Shown: positions 18,086 to 26,626, counted from the first letter of the stretch. The stretch is DNA of 32,000 bases from Cupriavidus necator (GCF_016127575.1 NZ_CP066019.1:1500001-1532000), one strand, 5' to 3'. Notes: a model not told the origin generated them from the sequence alone. Program-made: numbers and translations.

Positions 18086-18247
18086 TCACTCGAGATTGGC
18101 CTTGTCGAGCCCGAACGCCTTGTCCGACGAACCAGGCACCATGCGAATGGGCTCTTCAATCGTGGTCTTCTGGAACAGCGCGCCGAACTCCATGAGCTTC
18201 TTGGTCAGTTCGGAGGACTGCTGGAAGTAGTTAAGGCGTTGCATCAT
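18086..18247 (-). pseudogene. Truncated AhpD-like / carboxymuconolactone decarboxylase family gene
   Basis: MMQRLNYFQQSSELTKKLMEFGALFQKTTIEEPIR matches the usual N-terminus of this family. The expected ...IRASQLNGCAFC... active-site segment is replaced by MVPGSSDKAFGLDKANLE* and the ORF stops at about 53 aa. Confidence 0.55.
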
Positions 18248-18680
18248 GATTCTCTGCTGGCAGTTGACCAAAAGTTGAGCTCACCGAGGCTGCGCGGCGT
18301 TATTTGCCTCGGGGTCGGCTTGGACGAAATAATACGCTTCGACAGACCACGCGGTAGTGCTTTCACGGTACCCACTCTGTTGTCGCATCGGCACCAATCG
18401 CAGCGTTTTTTATGGTGCAACATTCGCGCAACGGTCCTTGTGCCGCGCGAGTGCGCCAACAACGCATCTCCGCAACAGAAGGATTCGTAGTCGTTGGGCG
18501 AGGCCTGCAGAGTCGAATGGTTAGGGGGATCCGGAATAGTCTCCATTGCACGCTGGCCGCAAGTCGCCCGGTTCAAGTTTGTACCCGGCCTTTTTCCGGC
18601 TTCCGCCATGGCTTGCAGGGAAACGTCCGCCTCAGCCCGATCAGAAGGGAAAAATATGCCTGGATACCAATTAGCGTGCA

Positions 18681-19110
18681 CTATTCAGTAAATGGTAATC
18701 GGCCAAGGGAATATGCCGACCCCTCGTCACGATAGGACTTGTTGGTCCCATGCACTTCGTACATGGCTATCACGCCGCAGCATCCCCAATTCGGCCCGCG
18801 CCGTGGCAACAAGGTAATCCAGCCGGGATCATGGGTGACGAGCATCAGCGCGCATCCGCGCTCTTGCGTGGCGTCGATGGACGGACTCGACCTTGCCTAA
18901 TTGCGACGCCTTCGCTCGGCTCAATGACTGACGTGAGATTGAGAAGCGACTCATCCATGGGTCTGCATGATCGCAGCACCGGCCGCACCAGGCGGCACGC
19001 CGCTGGCCAGGGAAGGCCTTCGCGGTCTCATCCATGCTATCTGTGCGGCCGTTCGAGGGCAGGCTCTGCTCGGCCCGGTATGCGCCATCGGCGATGGAGC
19101 AATCGTGCCA
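18681..19110 (-). pseudogene. Decayed ABC-transporter ATPase (5'-truncated, multiple frameshifts)
   Basis: Motifs are spread over three frames in colinear order: DCSIADGAYR (cf. DNIAFGLR), AKAFPGQRRAA (cf. LSGGQRQRVA), PMDESLLNLTS (cf. LDEPLSNLDA), VHRRHARA...ALMLVTHDP (cf. LHRRLG.T.IYVTHDQ). It begins directly after the stop of the wHTH-TPR gene. Confidence 0.4.
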
Positions 19111-19113
19111 TAG

Positions 19114-20661
19114 TCATTCGGGCAATCCGGCCAGCCGCAGCCCCTCCGAAAACTGGGTCAGGTCTTCTGGGCGACGGATCGGAAGCCAGTCCTTGAGATT
19201 GGAGACGCGGAGTGACGGATCGAGCCTGCGCAGGCGCTGCATCGCCTCCTTCGCCTTGTCCATGCGGCCAGCGAGCGCATGACTCGCCGCCAGAATGCCG
19301 ACCGGGGCAAGGAAACTCGGTAGATTGCATTTGGCCCTTTCGGCCCAATCCGAAGCGGCGTCGAAGCGTCCCGCGAAGAAATGTGCCAGCGCCATCCCAG
19401 CCTGCATCCTGAACATTTCCGGATCCAATGGACTCAAGCGAACGGCACGCGCCAAATACTTAATCGCAGCGTCTGTTTCGCCGCGACAAGCGTGCAGGCA
19501 CCCACACAGGGACCATGCAGGTGCGTGGTTCGGATTAAGCAGCAAAGCTCTATCGAACAGCGCGATACCGCCGTCGAGGTCGCCCGTCAGATGCCCGAGT
19601 GCATGAGCTCCTCTCGTGAGCGCCACAGCATCGTCCCGGCCGAGCTCCACCGCCAGTCGCGCCAGGCGAGTGCCCTCGGCAATCTCCCCGGGCTGATCGG
19701 TCATCCAGCCATTCATCTTGCGCCAGATATAACACCAGGACGCCATGCCATAGGCCGACGCGAAATCCGGATCGAGCTCGGTGGCCTTGTAGAACAAGGG
19801 CAGCGCCGCCTCGATTGATTCGCGCGTCCCGCTGTGCACCTGCGCGGTGCCGCGAAGGTAATAGTCATAGGCGCACAGGTTCTCCGTCGGCTTGCGCTTG
19901 GCACGCTCGATTTCCGCCCGTTCAAGCTGCGGCGCGATGGCGCCGACCACGCTTTCCGCAACCTGGTCCTGCAGTTCGAAGATGTCGTCCAGCGTGCCTT
20001 CGAAGCGTTCAGACCAGAGATGTGTCCCGGTCCTGGCATCGATGAGCTGCCCGGTGATGCGCACCTTGTTGCCGGTCTTGCGCATGCTGCCTTCCAGCAC
20101 GTAGCGCACGCCAAGCTCGCGACCAACGTCCTTCACCTCGACTGCGCGGCCCTTGTATGTGAAGCTTGAGTCGCTCGCGATGACGAACAGCCAGCGTATG
20201 CGCGACAACGCAGAGATGATGTCCTCCACCACGCCGTCGGCGAAATACTCCTGCTCGGGATCGCCGCTCAAGTTCTGGAAGGGCAATACGGTAATGGAGG
20301 GCTTACCCGGGAGGAAGAGAGCCGACGGCGGCTCCCTCGATTCTCCGGAGATGTGTTCGCCGATCTCGCCGACGAAGCGGAAACCCTTGCGGGCGACAGT
20401 CCTGACCAGGCGCTGTTCTCCGCCGGTGTCGCCAATGGCCTTGCGAACCGCATTGATGTGACTGGTGATCGTCGATTCCGATACGATTCGGCCGCACCAT
20501 ACCGCCTTCAGCAGGTCGTCCTTGCTGACGACACGGTCGCGGTTCCTGACGAGATGCAGCAGCAGATCAAAGACCTGCGGCCCGACAGGTACGGCTTTCG
20601 CGCGATGCGAAAGCTCCCGGCGTTCCGGGTCGATCACGTAGTCTCCAAACACGAACTGCAC
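19114..20661 (-). CDS. Winged-helix (OmpR/CadC-like) DNA-binding protein with TolB-N-like and TPR domains
   Basis: The GTG at 20661 is preceded by an AGGGGA SD. VQFVFGDYVIDPERRELSHRAKAVPVGPQVFDLLLHLVRNRDRVVSKDDLLKAVW...RKGFRF is a trans_reg_C wHTH. ITVLPFQNLSGDPEQEYFADG follows, then TPR-like helices. The upstream part of track ORF 19114..21129 overlaps the divergent gene and is rejected. An alternative ATG is at 20754. Confidence 0.8.
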   Translation of the reverse strand: MQFVFGDYVIDPERRELSHRAKAVPVGPQVFDLLLHLVRNRDRVVSKDDLLKAVWCGRIVSESTITSHINAVRKAIGDTGGEQRLVRTVARKGFRFVGEIGEHISGESREPPSALFLPGKPSITVLPFQNLSGDPEQEYFADGVVEDIISALSRIRWLFVIASDSSFTYKGRAVEVKDVGRELGVRYVLEGSMRKTGNKVRITGQLIDARTGTHLWSERFEGTLDDIFELQDQVAESVVGAIAPQLERAEIERAKRKPTENLCAYDYYLRGTAQVHSGTRESIEAALPLFYKATELDPDFASAYGMASWCYIWRKMNGWMTDQPGEIAEGTRLARLAVELGRDDAVALTRGAHALGHLTGDLDGGIALFDRALLLNPNHAPAWSLCGCLHACRGETDAAIKYLARAVRLSPLDPEMFRMQAGMALAHFFAGRFDAASDWAERAKCNLPSFLAPVGILAASHALAGRMDKAKEAMQRLRRLDPSLRVSNLKDWLPIRRPEDLTQFSEGLRLAGLPE

Positions 20662-20896
20662 TTGACATCCCCTGGCCGATTCGGCTCCCCGGTGGGGGCA
20701 ACTGGCGAATTCCGTCCATGGATGATACTGCAACCCGTGGTGAGAGCATCTCATTCCGATCGGGCAACGCTTGGACGAAGAACCAAGCTCTCCTGCAGAG
20801 AAATTCAAGGTGAAGGCAAGGACCTCTCCGGAGCGCGCGGGCAATCTCCACGCACATCGACTGCAACGGGTTGCGGTCGAGAAACGGAGAGAAAAC

Positions 20897-22711
20897 ATGA
20901 AGATTGTCGTCATCGGGTGCACCGGCCTCATCGGAACAAAGCTTGTGCAGGACCTTCGCAAGCGCGGCCATGACGTGCTCGCACCCGCCCCCGACACCGG
21001 CGTCAGCACCATCACCCGCGAGGGTTTGGCCAAAGCGCTCGACGGCGCCGAGGTCGTCGTCGATGTGGCGAATGCGCCAGTATGGGGAGACGAGACGGCC
21101 CTCGAGTTTCTCGAGCGATCGGGCCGCAACCTCCTGGCTGCGGGCGCTGCCGCCGGCGTACGCCACCATGTGGCCCTGTCGATCGTTGGTAGCGAACGGC
21201 TTCCCGACTGCGGCTATTTCCGGGCGAAGGTCGCGCAGGAGAGCCTCATCAAGGCGTCCGGCATTCCCTACACCATCGTGCGTGCGACGCAGTTCTACGA
21301 GTTTGTCGGCGACATTGCCCAGTCGGCTGCCCCGTTGGACACCTTAGGCAAGGAGATTCGCTTGTCGCCGGCGCTGATCCAGCCGATCGCGTCAGCGGAC
21401 GTGGCAGCGGCGCTCGCCGAGGTTGCAGTCGCGCCGCCAGTCAACGGCACGGTCGAAGTCGCCGGTCCGGAGGCGATGCCGCTGGACGAACTGGTCAGGC
21501 GCTTCCTGCGGGCGACGCAGGATACGCGCAAGGTCGTGCCGGACGTCCACGCGCGCTACTTTGGTGGCCTCCTCTCCGATCGGACGCTCACACCCGGGGA
21601 GAACCCCCGCATCGGCGCGATCCGGTTCGAGGACTGGCTCGGTCGCTACCAGGCTAAGTCCTGCTTCGCCATGCAGTCCCCTCTTTTGGCGACTGCCGGC
21701 GCGGACAACTCGGAGGCGCTTGCATCGAGCTTCGCGACAAGCTATCCCGGAGTCGTCGCCTTCATCACCGTCGTGGCCGAAGGCGGCTTTTCCAAGGCCG
21801 CTGACCGGCTCGGGATCACTCGTTCCGCGGTCAGCCGCTGCATCCAGAAGCTGGAGGCGCAGGTCGGCTTGCGTCTGCTGAGTCGGACGACGCGCAGCAT
21901 TTCGCTCACGCGCGAAGGCGAGATCCTTCATGCCCGCTGCCAGCCCAGCGTCGCTCTCATCACGGAGGCGATGGAGGACCTGCGCGATCTGCGCGACGGT
22001 CCGCCGCGAGGACGCCTGCGGGTCTCCGCTTCCGTGGGTTTCGGCCGCAAGGTGGTTGCACCGCTGCTGTGGGCCTTCCAGGAAAAGTACCCCGACATCG
22101 AGATCGAGCTGCACCTGGGCTGCGTCGCGAGCGACTTCACGTCGGACCGCATCGACGTCTCGTTTCTCAACGGACGCCTGGCCGACTCCCGGATCGTCGC
22201 GAAACGGATCGTCCCGATGCAGACTTTGGTGTGCGCCTCGCCCGCGTATGCGGTAAGGCGCGGTATGCCCGAGTCGCCGGACGCGTTGATGCTGCACGAC
22301 TGCATCAACGTCCGTCTGCCGTCGGGCCGCGTCTACGAATGGGAGTTCAAGGTGGAGGGGGGATTGCGAAAGCTGACGCCGCCATCGCGCATCATGTTCA
22401 ACGATGACGGGCTCGTGCTGGAGGCCGTCCTCCAAGGCAAAGGCATCGCTCAGTTGGGCGGGTACCTGATCTGCGATCTGCTGCGCGAGGGGAAACTGGT
22501 TCACTCCATGCCACAGTACGCACCCGATGACCAGGGCCACTACATCTGCTACCTGAGCCGTCAGCACCTGCCGTCGCGTATCCGCGTGTTCGTCGACCAC
22601 ATGACGGCAGCGATCCGGGCGCTGGACCTTCAATGCGCGGGTGCTTTCTCACCAACGCCTGATGATCGACAGGTCGCCTTGGCGCCAATGGTGCCCCTGC
22701 GGGGTCAATAG
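20897..22711 (+). CDS. Continuous ORF encoding an NmrA-like SDR (about aa 1-255) followed in frame by a LysR-type regulator (HTH + substrate-binding domain)
   Basis: The ATG at 20897 has a GGAGAG SD. The N-terminal part MKIVVIGCTGLIGTKLVQDL...HHVALSIVGSERLPDCGYFRAKVAQESLIKASGIPYTIVRATQFYEF is a paralog of 1..369. From about 21740, VVAFITVVAEGGFSKAADRLGITRSAVSRCIQKLEAQVGLRLLSRTTRSISLTREG is a LysR HTH. I read the codons across 21640-21760 and found no stop. Confidence 0.7.
   Translation: MKIVVIGCTGLIGTKLVQDLRKRGHDVLAPAPDTGVSTITREGLAKALDGAEVVVDVANAPVWGDETALEFLERSGRNLLAAGAAAGVRHHVALSIVGSERLPDCGYFRAKVAQESLIKASGIPYTIVRATQFYEFVGDIAQSAAPLDTLGKEIRLSPALIQPIASADVAAALAEVAVAPPVNGTVEVAGPEAMPLDELVRRFLRATQDTRKVVPDVHARYFGGLLSDRTLTPGENPRIGAIRFEDWLGRYQAKSCFAMQSPLLATAGADNSEALASSFATSYPGVVAFITVVAEGGFSKAADRLGITRSAVSRCIQKLEAQVGLRLLSRTTRSISLTREGEILHARCQPSVALITEAMEDLRDLRDGPPRGRLRVSASVGFGRKVVAPLLWAFQEKYPDIEIELHLGCVASDFTSDRIDVSFLNGRLADSRIVAKRIVPMQTLVCASPAYAVRRGMPESPDALMLHDCINVRLPSGRVYEWEFKVEGGLRKLTPPSRIMFNDDGLVLEAVLQGKGIAQLGGYLICDLLREGKLVHSMPQYAPDDQGHYICYLSRQHLPSRIRVFVDHMTAAIRALDLQCAGAFSPTPDDRQVALAPMVPLRGQ
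21671..22711 (+). CDS. Alternative model: LysR-type regulator translated independently from the internal ATG
   Basis: ATG 21671 (MQSPLLATAGADNSEALASSFATSYPGVVAFITVVAEGGF...) is the closest upstream start codon. It leaves an unusually long pre-HTH extension of about 27 aa and has no obvious SD. Confidence 0.35.
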   Translation: MQSPLLATAGADNSEALASSFATSYPGVVAFITVVAEGGFSKAADRLGITRSAVSRCIQKLEAQVGLRLLSRTTRSISLTREGEILHARCQPSVALITEAMEDLRDLRDGPPRGRLRVSASVGFGRKVVAPLLWAFQEKYPDIEIELHLGCVASDFTSDRIDVSFLNGRLADSRIVAKRIVPMQTLVCASPAYAVRRGMPESPDALMLHDCINVRLPSGRVYEWEFKVEGGLRKLTPPSRIMFNDDGLVLEAVLQGKGIAQLGGYLICDLLREGKLVHSMPQYAPDDQGHYICYLSRQHLPSRIRVFVDHMTAAIRALDLQCAGAFSPTPDDRQVALAPMVPLRGQ

Positions 22712-22712
22712 A

Positions 22713-22800
22713 CTTGGCAAGACGAACGAGAGTCGACCCCACTCTTCGCTGGACTGGGCCACCCCCACCGAATTCGCCTGCCGATGCGGCCTGCATGGCA
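22713..22800 (+). mobile_element. IS3-family transposase (rve integrase core) C-terminal remnant
   Basis: The first codons of track ORF 22641..23768 read LGKTNESRPHSSLDWATPTEFA, the conserved YN..RPHSSLG..TP.EF tail of IS3-type OrfB. There is no catalytic domain and I saw no inverted repeats. Confidence 0.5.
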
Positions 22801-22835
22801 CATCGGTGATCCCAGGAGGGCGAGGCAATCACAGG

Positions 22836-23699
22836 TCACCGCGCAGTGGGCTTCGCGAGCTGGGCGACGACCTCGTCGGTCGTCCACAGCGCGTTGGCAA
22901 TGTAGCGGAAGTTGATCAGCGCGCTGAGATTGCCGTCGCCCTCAGGCAGCTTGGGGGCCGCGACCGCATCACGCACGATGGCCACCTCGAAGCCTTGCTC
23001 CGCAAACTCGCGCAAGTGGGACTCCACGCACAGGTTGGCCAGCATCCCGGCGAGGACGATCTTGGTGACCCCCTGCTTGCGAAGCTGGAACGCGAGATCG
23101 TTGGTCTGCGGGCTGTAGAGCTTGTGGGGCGAAGCGACGATCGTCTTGCCGTCCTCGATGTAGCGCTTGAACTCGGGCATGAAGTCCGCGCCCGAGCCGC
23201 GGAACCCATCCAGGCTCAGTGCGCCGGGTCTGTCGAAGATCTTGATCTTGTGCTGGAAGAGCTCGGCGGGGGCCTGGAACTTCCATCGGTGGTCGTGCGG
23301 GTAGTAGTAGTGAGGCGAGATCGCGACGACGATGCCCGCCTTCTTCGAGGACTCGAACAGGCGCAGCAGGTTCGGCACGAGCCGTTGCTCGGTGACGGCT
23401 TCACCAACAGCGGACCAAGCGGCTCCCTTCGGGCTCATGAAGTCGATCTGGGGATCGATCACGACCAGGGCGGTGCGTTCCAGATCGAGTGTCATCGTGG
23501 GAACGGGCATGGCGCGTTCGGTCGGATCGGTGTACTGCGCCGGTTGTACCGGATGTGGATGTGCCGTGGCGGTTGCGATGCTTGCAACGGCCATTGCAAG
23601 CGCGGCCGTCAACCGAAGCGTGGCGCGAGCAACGCATCGGTGGTCACGATTCTTGAAAGGCTCCGTCGACTGCTGTTGGTAGTTACTGCGTTGGGTCAT
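22836..23699 (-). CDS. Isochorismatase-family cysteine hydrolase with an N-terminal signal peptide
   Basis: The ATG at 23699 has a GAGGAA SD. MTQRSNYQQQSTEPFKNRDHRCVARATLRLTAALAMAVASIATATAHP looks like a signal sequence. TALVVIDPQIDF and VLAGMLANLCVESH follow. It is a paralog of 1381..2106. Confidence 0.85.
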   Translation of the reverse strand: MTQRSNYQQQSTEPFKNRDHRCVARATLRLTAALAMAVASIATATAHPHPVQPAQYTDPTERAMPVPTMTLDLERTALVVIDPQIDFMSPKGAAWSAVGEAVTEQRLVPNLLRLFESSKKAGIVVAISPHYYYPHDHRWKFQAPAELFQHKIKIFDRPGALSLDGFRGSGADFMPEFKRYIEDGKTIVASPHKLYSPQTNDLAFQLRKQGVTKIVLAGMLANLCVESHLREFAEQGFEVAIVRDAVAAPKLPEGDGNLSALINFRYIANALWTTDEVVAQLAKPTAR

Positions 23700-24025
23700 G
23701 TTGGTTCCTCGGACTGGGGTGGACAACGAACACGCCGCGAGGGTCTCGATCCGATGCATCGATGCTGACGTGATGCGTTGAAATCTAGAAGCAAATGCCC
23801 GCCTGCACTAGGGGCTGGGTGTGGACAAATCTGTTGATCGCGAAGTACCAATCGCGCTCAGCGAGAGTCCGTCATGAATGAGCCGGAGCATTTGAAGATC
23901 CTGTCGCGCGGATGGCTGAGCCCGGTGAACGACCCAGCGGCACGCGCCGGATGCGCTGCCGCGACATTGGTGAAGATCCGGCAACATCGAATTGCCCGTG
24001 ATGCATATCGCATGGCGAGGAGACC

Positions 24026-25060
24026 ATGGCTAGACTGATCGCGTCTCCACTCAGATCCATACCCATGAAAATTGATCCCGCGCCAACACGGCCTGGCTTC
24101 GCTCGAGTCACGCGCCGTCAGTTGTTGGTCATCGGGGCAGGCACTGCAGCAGCAGCGGCTTTGCCATTCGCAGCGTCCGCTGCTCCTACTGCGCCGAATG
24201 GCGCTAAAACTCCGGAAGGAAATCCACCCATGAGCTATGTCACCACCAAAGACGGGGTCCAGATCTTCTACAAGGATTTGGGTCCCTCCAATGGCACCCC
24301 GATCGTCTTCTCGCACGGATGGCCTCTGAGCTCCGACGATTGGGACGCGCAGATGATGTTCTTCCTCTCCAAGGGCTATCGCGTCGTCGCGCACGATCGG
24401 CGCGGGCATGGCCGCTCGGCGCAAGTCTGGAACGGCCACGACATGGATCACTACGCCGACGACCTCGCCGCGGTCGTGAACCATCTCGACCTCAAGGGCG
24501 CGATCCACATCGGCCACTCCACCGGCGGCGGCGAGGTCGTGCGCTATCTGGCTCGCCACGGCGAGAAGCGGGCCGCGAAGGCCTGCCTCATTAACGCCGT
24601 GCCCCCGCTGATGGTCAAGACCGCGTCGAATCCCGGCGGCCTGCCGAAGGACGTGTTCGACGGCCTGCAACTGCAGACGGCCACGAACCGGGCGCAGTTC
24701 TACCGCGATATTCCCGCCGGGCCGTTCTACGGGTTCAACCGGCCGGGCGTGAAGCCGCAGGAAGGCATCATCCAGAACTGGTGGCGCCAAGGGATGATGG
24801 GCAGCGCCAAGGCGCACTACGACGGCGTCGTCGCGTTCTCCCAGACCGACTTCACCGACGACCTGAAGAAGATCGGACTGCCGGTGCTGGTGATGCACGG
24901 CGACGACGACCAGATCGTCCCCTACGCCGATTCCGCGCCGCTGTCGGTCAAGCTGCTGAAGAACGGCACGTTGAAGACCTACAAGGGCTTCCCGCACGGC
25001 ATGCCAACAACGCACGCGAACCTCATCAACGCGGACCTGCTGGCTTTTATCAAGGCCTGA
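24026..25060 (+). CDS. Tat-signal alpha/beta hydrolase, non-heme haloperoxidase/perhydrolase-like (paralog of 2176..3165)
   Basis: The ATG at 24026 has a GAGGAG SD. FARVTRRQLLVIGAGTAAAAALPFAASAAP is a twin-arginine signal. The core has [33 protein letters not shown] and PHG. An alternative start at 24065 lacks an SD. Confidence 0.85.
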   Translation: MARLIASPLRSIPMKIDPAPTRPGFARVTRRQLLVIGAGTAAAAALPFAASAAPTAPNGAKTPEGNPPMSYVTTKDGVQIFYKDLGPSNGTPIVFSHGWPLSSDDWDAQMMFFLSKGYRVVAHDRRGHGRSAQVWNGHDMDHYADDLAAVVNHLDLKGAIHIGHSTGGGEVVRYLARHGEKRAAKACLINAVPPLMVKTASNPGGLPKDVFDGLQLQTATNRAQFYRDIPAGPFYGFNRPGVKPQEGIIQNWWRQGMMGSAKAHYDGVVAFSQTDFTDDLKKIGLPVLVMHGDDDQIVPYADSAPLSVKLLKNGTLKTYKGFPHGMPTTHANLINADLLAFIKA

Positions 25061-25081
25061 TTGCGTCGAATCAGTCCGCAC

Positions 25082-25121
25082 CGTCGATGGCCGGTCCACC
25101 GTTAAGTGGGGGCCATCGACG
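25082..25121 (+). terminator. Long hairpin after the hydrolase gene (no U-tract)
   Basis: cgtcgatggcc ... ggccatcgacg forms a perfect 11-bp stem. An inner ccac/gtgg pairing lies in the loop. It sits 22 bp after the stop at 25060. Confidence 0.4.
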
Positions 25122-25195
25122 CGACTCCCACTCTGCACGTCCAGTCCTCCCTCCTGAAGAGGCTCCGCTGAATCCCTCTTTTTGCCCACATTGCC

Positions 25196-26626
25196 ATGAC
25201 CAAACTGACTCATGCCAACGGCGCCCCCGTTGTCGACAACTTCAACATCGAGACCGCCGGTGCGCGCGGCCCCGCGCTGCTGCAGGACATCTGGCTGCTC
25301 GAGAAGCTCGCCCACTTCGACCGCGAGGTGATCCCCGAGCGGCGCATGCACGCCAAGGGCTCCGGCGCTTTCGGCCACTTCACGGTGACGCACGACATCA
25401 CGGCGTACTCGAAGGCCAGGCTCTTTTCCGGCGTCGGCAAGAAGACGGACGTCTTCGTGCGCTTCTCCACGGTGGCCGGCGAGCGAGGCGCGGCGGATGC
25501 CGAGCGAGACATCCGCGGCTTCGCGGTGAAGTTCTATACCGAGGAAGGAAATTGGGACCTGGTGGGCAACAACACGCCCGTGTTCTTCCTGCGTGACCCG
25601 CTGCGATTTCCCGACCTGAACCACGCAGTCAAGCGCGACCCGCGCAGCAACCTGCGCAACGCCCAGAACAACTGGGACTTCTGGACGCTGCTACCCGAGG
25701 CGCTGCACCAGGTGACCATCGTGATGAGCGATCGCGGCCTGCCCGATGGCTATCGCCACATGCACGGTTTCGGCAGCCACACGTTCAGCCTTATCAACGC
25801 GGACAACGAGCGGCGCTGGGTGAAGTTTCACCTGCGCAGCCGGCAAGGCATCCGTAACCTCACCGACGCACAGGACGCCGCGATCGTCGCCAACGACCGC
25901 GAGAGCGCGCAGCGCGACCTGCTCGAGGCGATCGACGGCGGCGACTTCCCGCGCTGGACGTTGTGCATCCAGGTGATGAGCGAGCAGCAGGCGCAGGTCT
26001 GCCCGTTCAATCCCTTCGACCTCACCAAGGTCTGGCCGCACGGCGACTATCCGCTAATCGAGGTGGGTGTGCTGGAGCTCAACCGCAACCCCGACAACTA
26101 CTTCGCCGATGTGGAGCAGGCAGCGTTCTCGCCCGCCAACATCGTGCCGGGCATTGGCTTCTCGCCGGACAAGATGCTGCAGGGGCGGCTCTTCAGCTAC
26201 GGCGATGCGGTCCGCTACCGGCTGGGCGTGAACGCGCACCAGATCCCGGTGAACGCCCCGCGCTGCCCGGTGCACAGCTATCATCGCGACGGCGCGATGC
26301 GCGTGGACGGCAACCAGGGCGGGCTGCCCGGCATCGTGCCCAACAGCCGCGGCGAGTGGGCCGACAGCCCGCGGCTGGCGGAGCCGCCACTGGCGCTCTC
26401 GGGCGCAGCCGCGCACTGGGACCATCGCGCGGACGAGGACTACTACTCGCAGCCGGGGGCGCTGTTCCGACTAATGTCGCCCGAGCAGAAGCTGCAGCTC
26501 TTCGACAACACGGCACGCTCGCTCGGCGGCGCGAGCGAGGACGTGCAGCAACGACATATCCGAAATTGCACGATGGCCGATCGCGCCTACGGCGCAGGGG
26601 TTGCCGAGGCACTGAAGAACCGCTAG
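25196..26626 (+). CDS. katA: Monofunctional heme catalase (small-subunit type)
   Basis: 476 aa. It has [22 protein letters not shown] (distal His region), [43 protein letters not shown] and [14 protein letters not shown] (proximal Tyr region). Confidence 0.95.
   Translation: MTKLTHANGAPVVDNFNIETAGARGPALLQDIWLLEKLAHFDREVIPERRMHAKGSGAFGHFTVTHDITAYSKARLFSGVGKKTDVFVRFSTVAGERGAADAERDIRGFAVKFYTEEGNWDLVGNNTPVFFLRDPLRFPDLNHAVKRDPRSNLRNAQNNWDFWTLLPEALHQVTIVMSDRGLPDGYRHMHGFGSHTFSLINADNERRWVKFHLRSRQGIRNLTDAQDAAIVANDRESAQRDLLEAIDGGDFPRWTLCIQVMSEQQAQVCPFNPFDLTKVWPHGDYPLIEVGVLELNRNPDNYFADVEQAAFSPANIVPGIGFSPDKMLQGRLFSYGDAVRYRLGVNAHQIPVNAPRCPVHSYHRDGAMRVDGNQGGLPGIVPNSRGEWADSPRLAEPPLALSGAAAHWDHRADEDYYSQPGALFRLMSPEQKLQLFDNTARSLGGASEDVQQRHIRNCTMADRAYGAGVAEALKNR

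Noticed and set aside
20662-21129. Upstream extension of the wHTH-TPR ORF (to 21129), and the 20771 start of the SDR::LysR ORF
   Set aside because: The extensions overlap the divergent gene or promoter region and add non-homologous residues. Family-typical N-termini with Shine-Dalgarno sequences occur at 20661 (GTG) and 20897 (ATG).
22801-23768. The remainder of track ORF 22641..23768 (375 aa)
   Set aside because: Only its first 50 or so codons resemble anything (the IS3 tail). The rest is antisense to the isochorismatase gene at 22836-23699.
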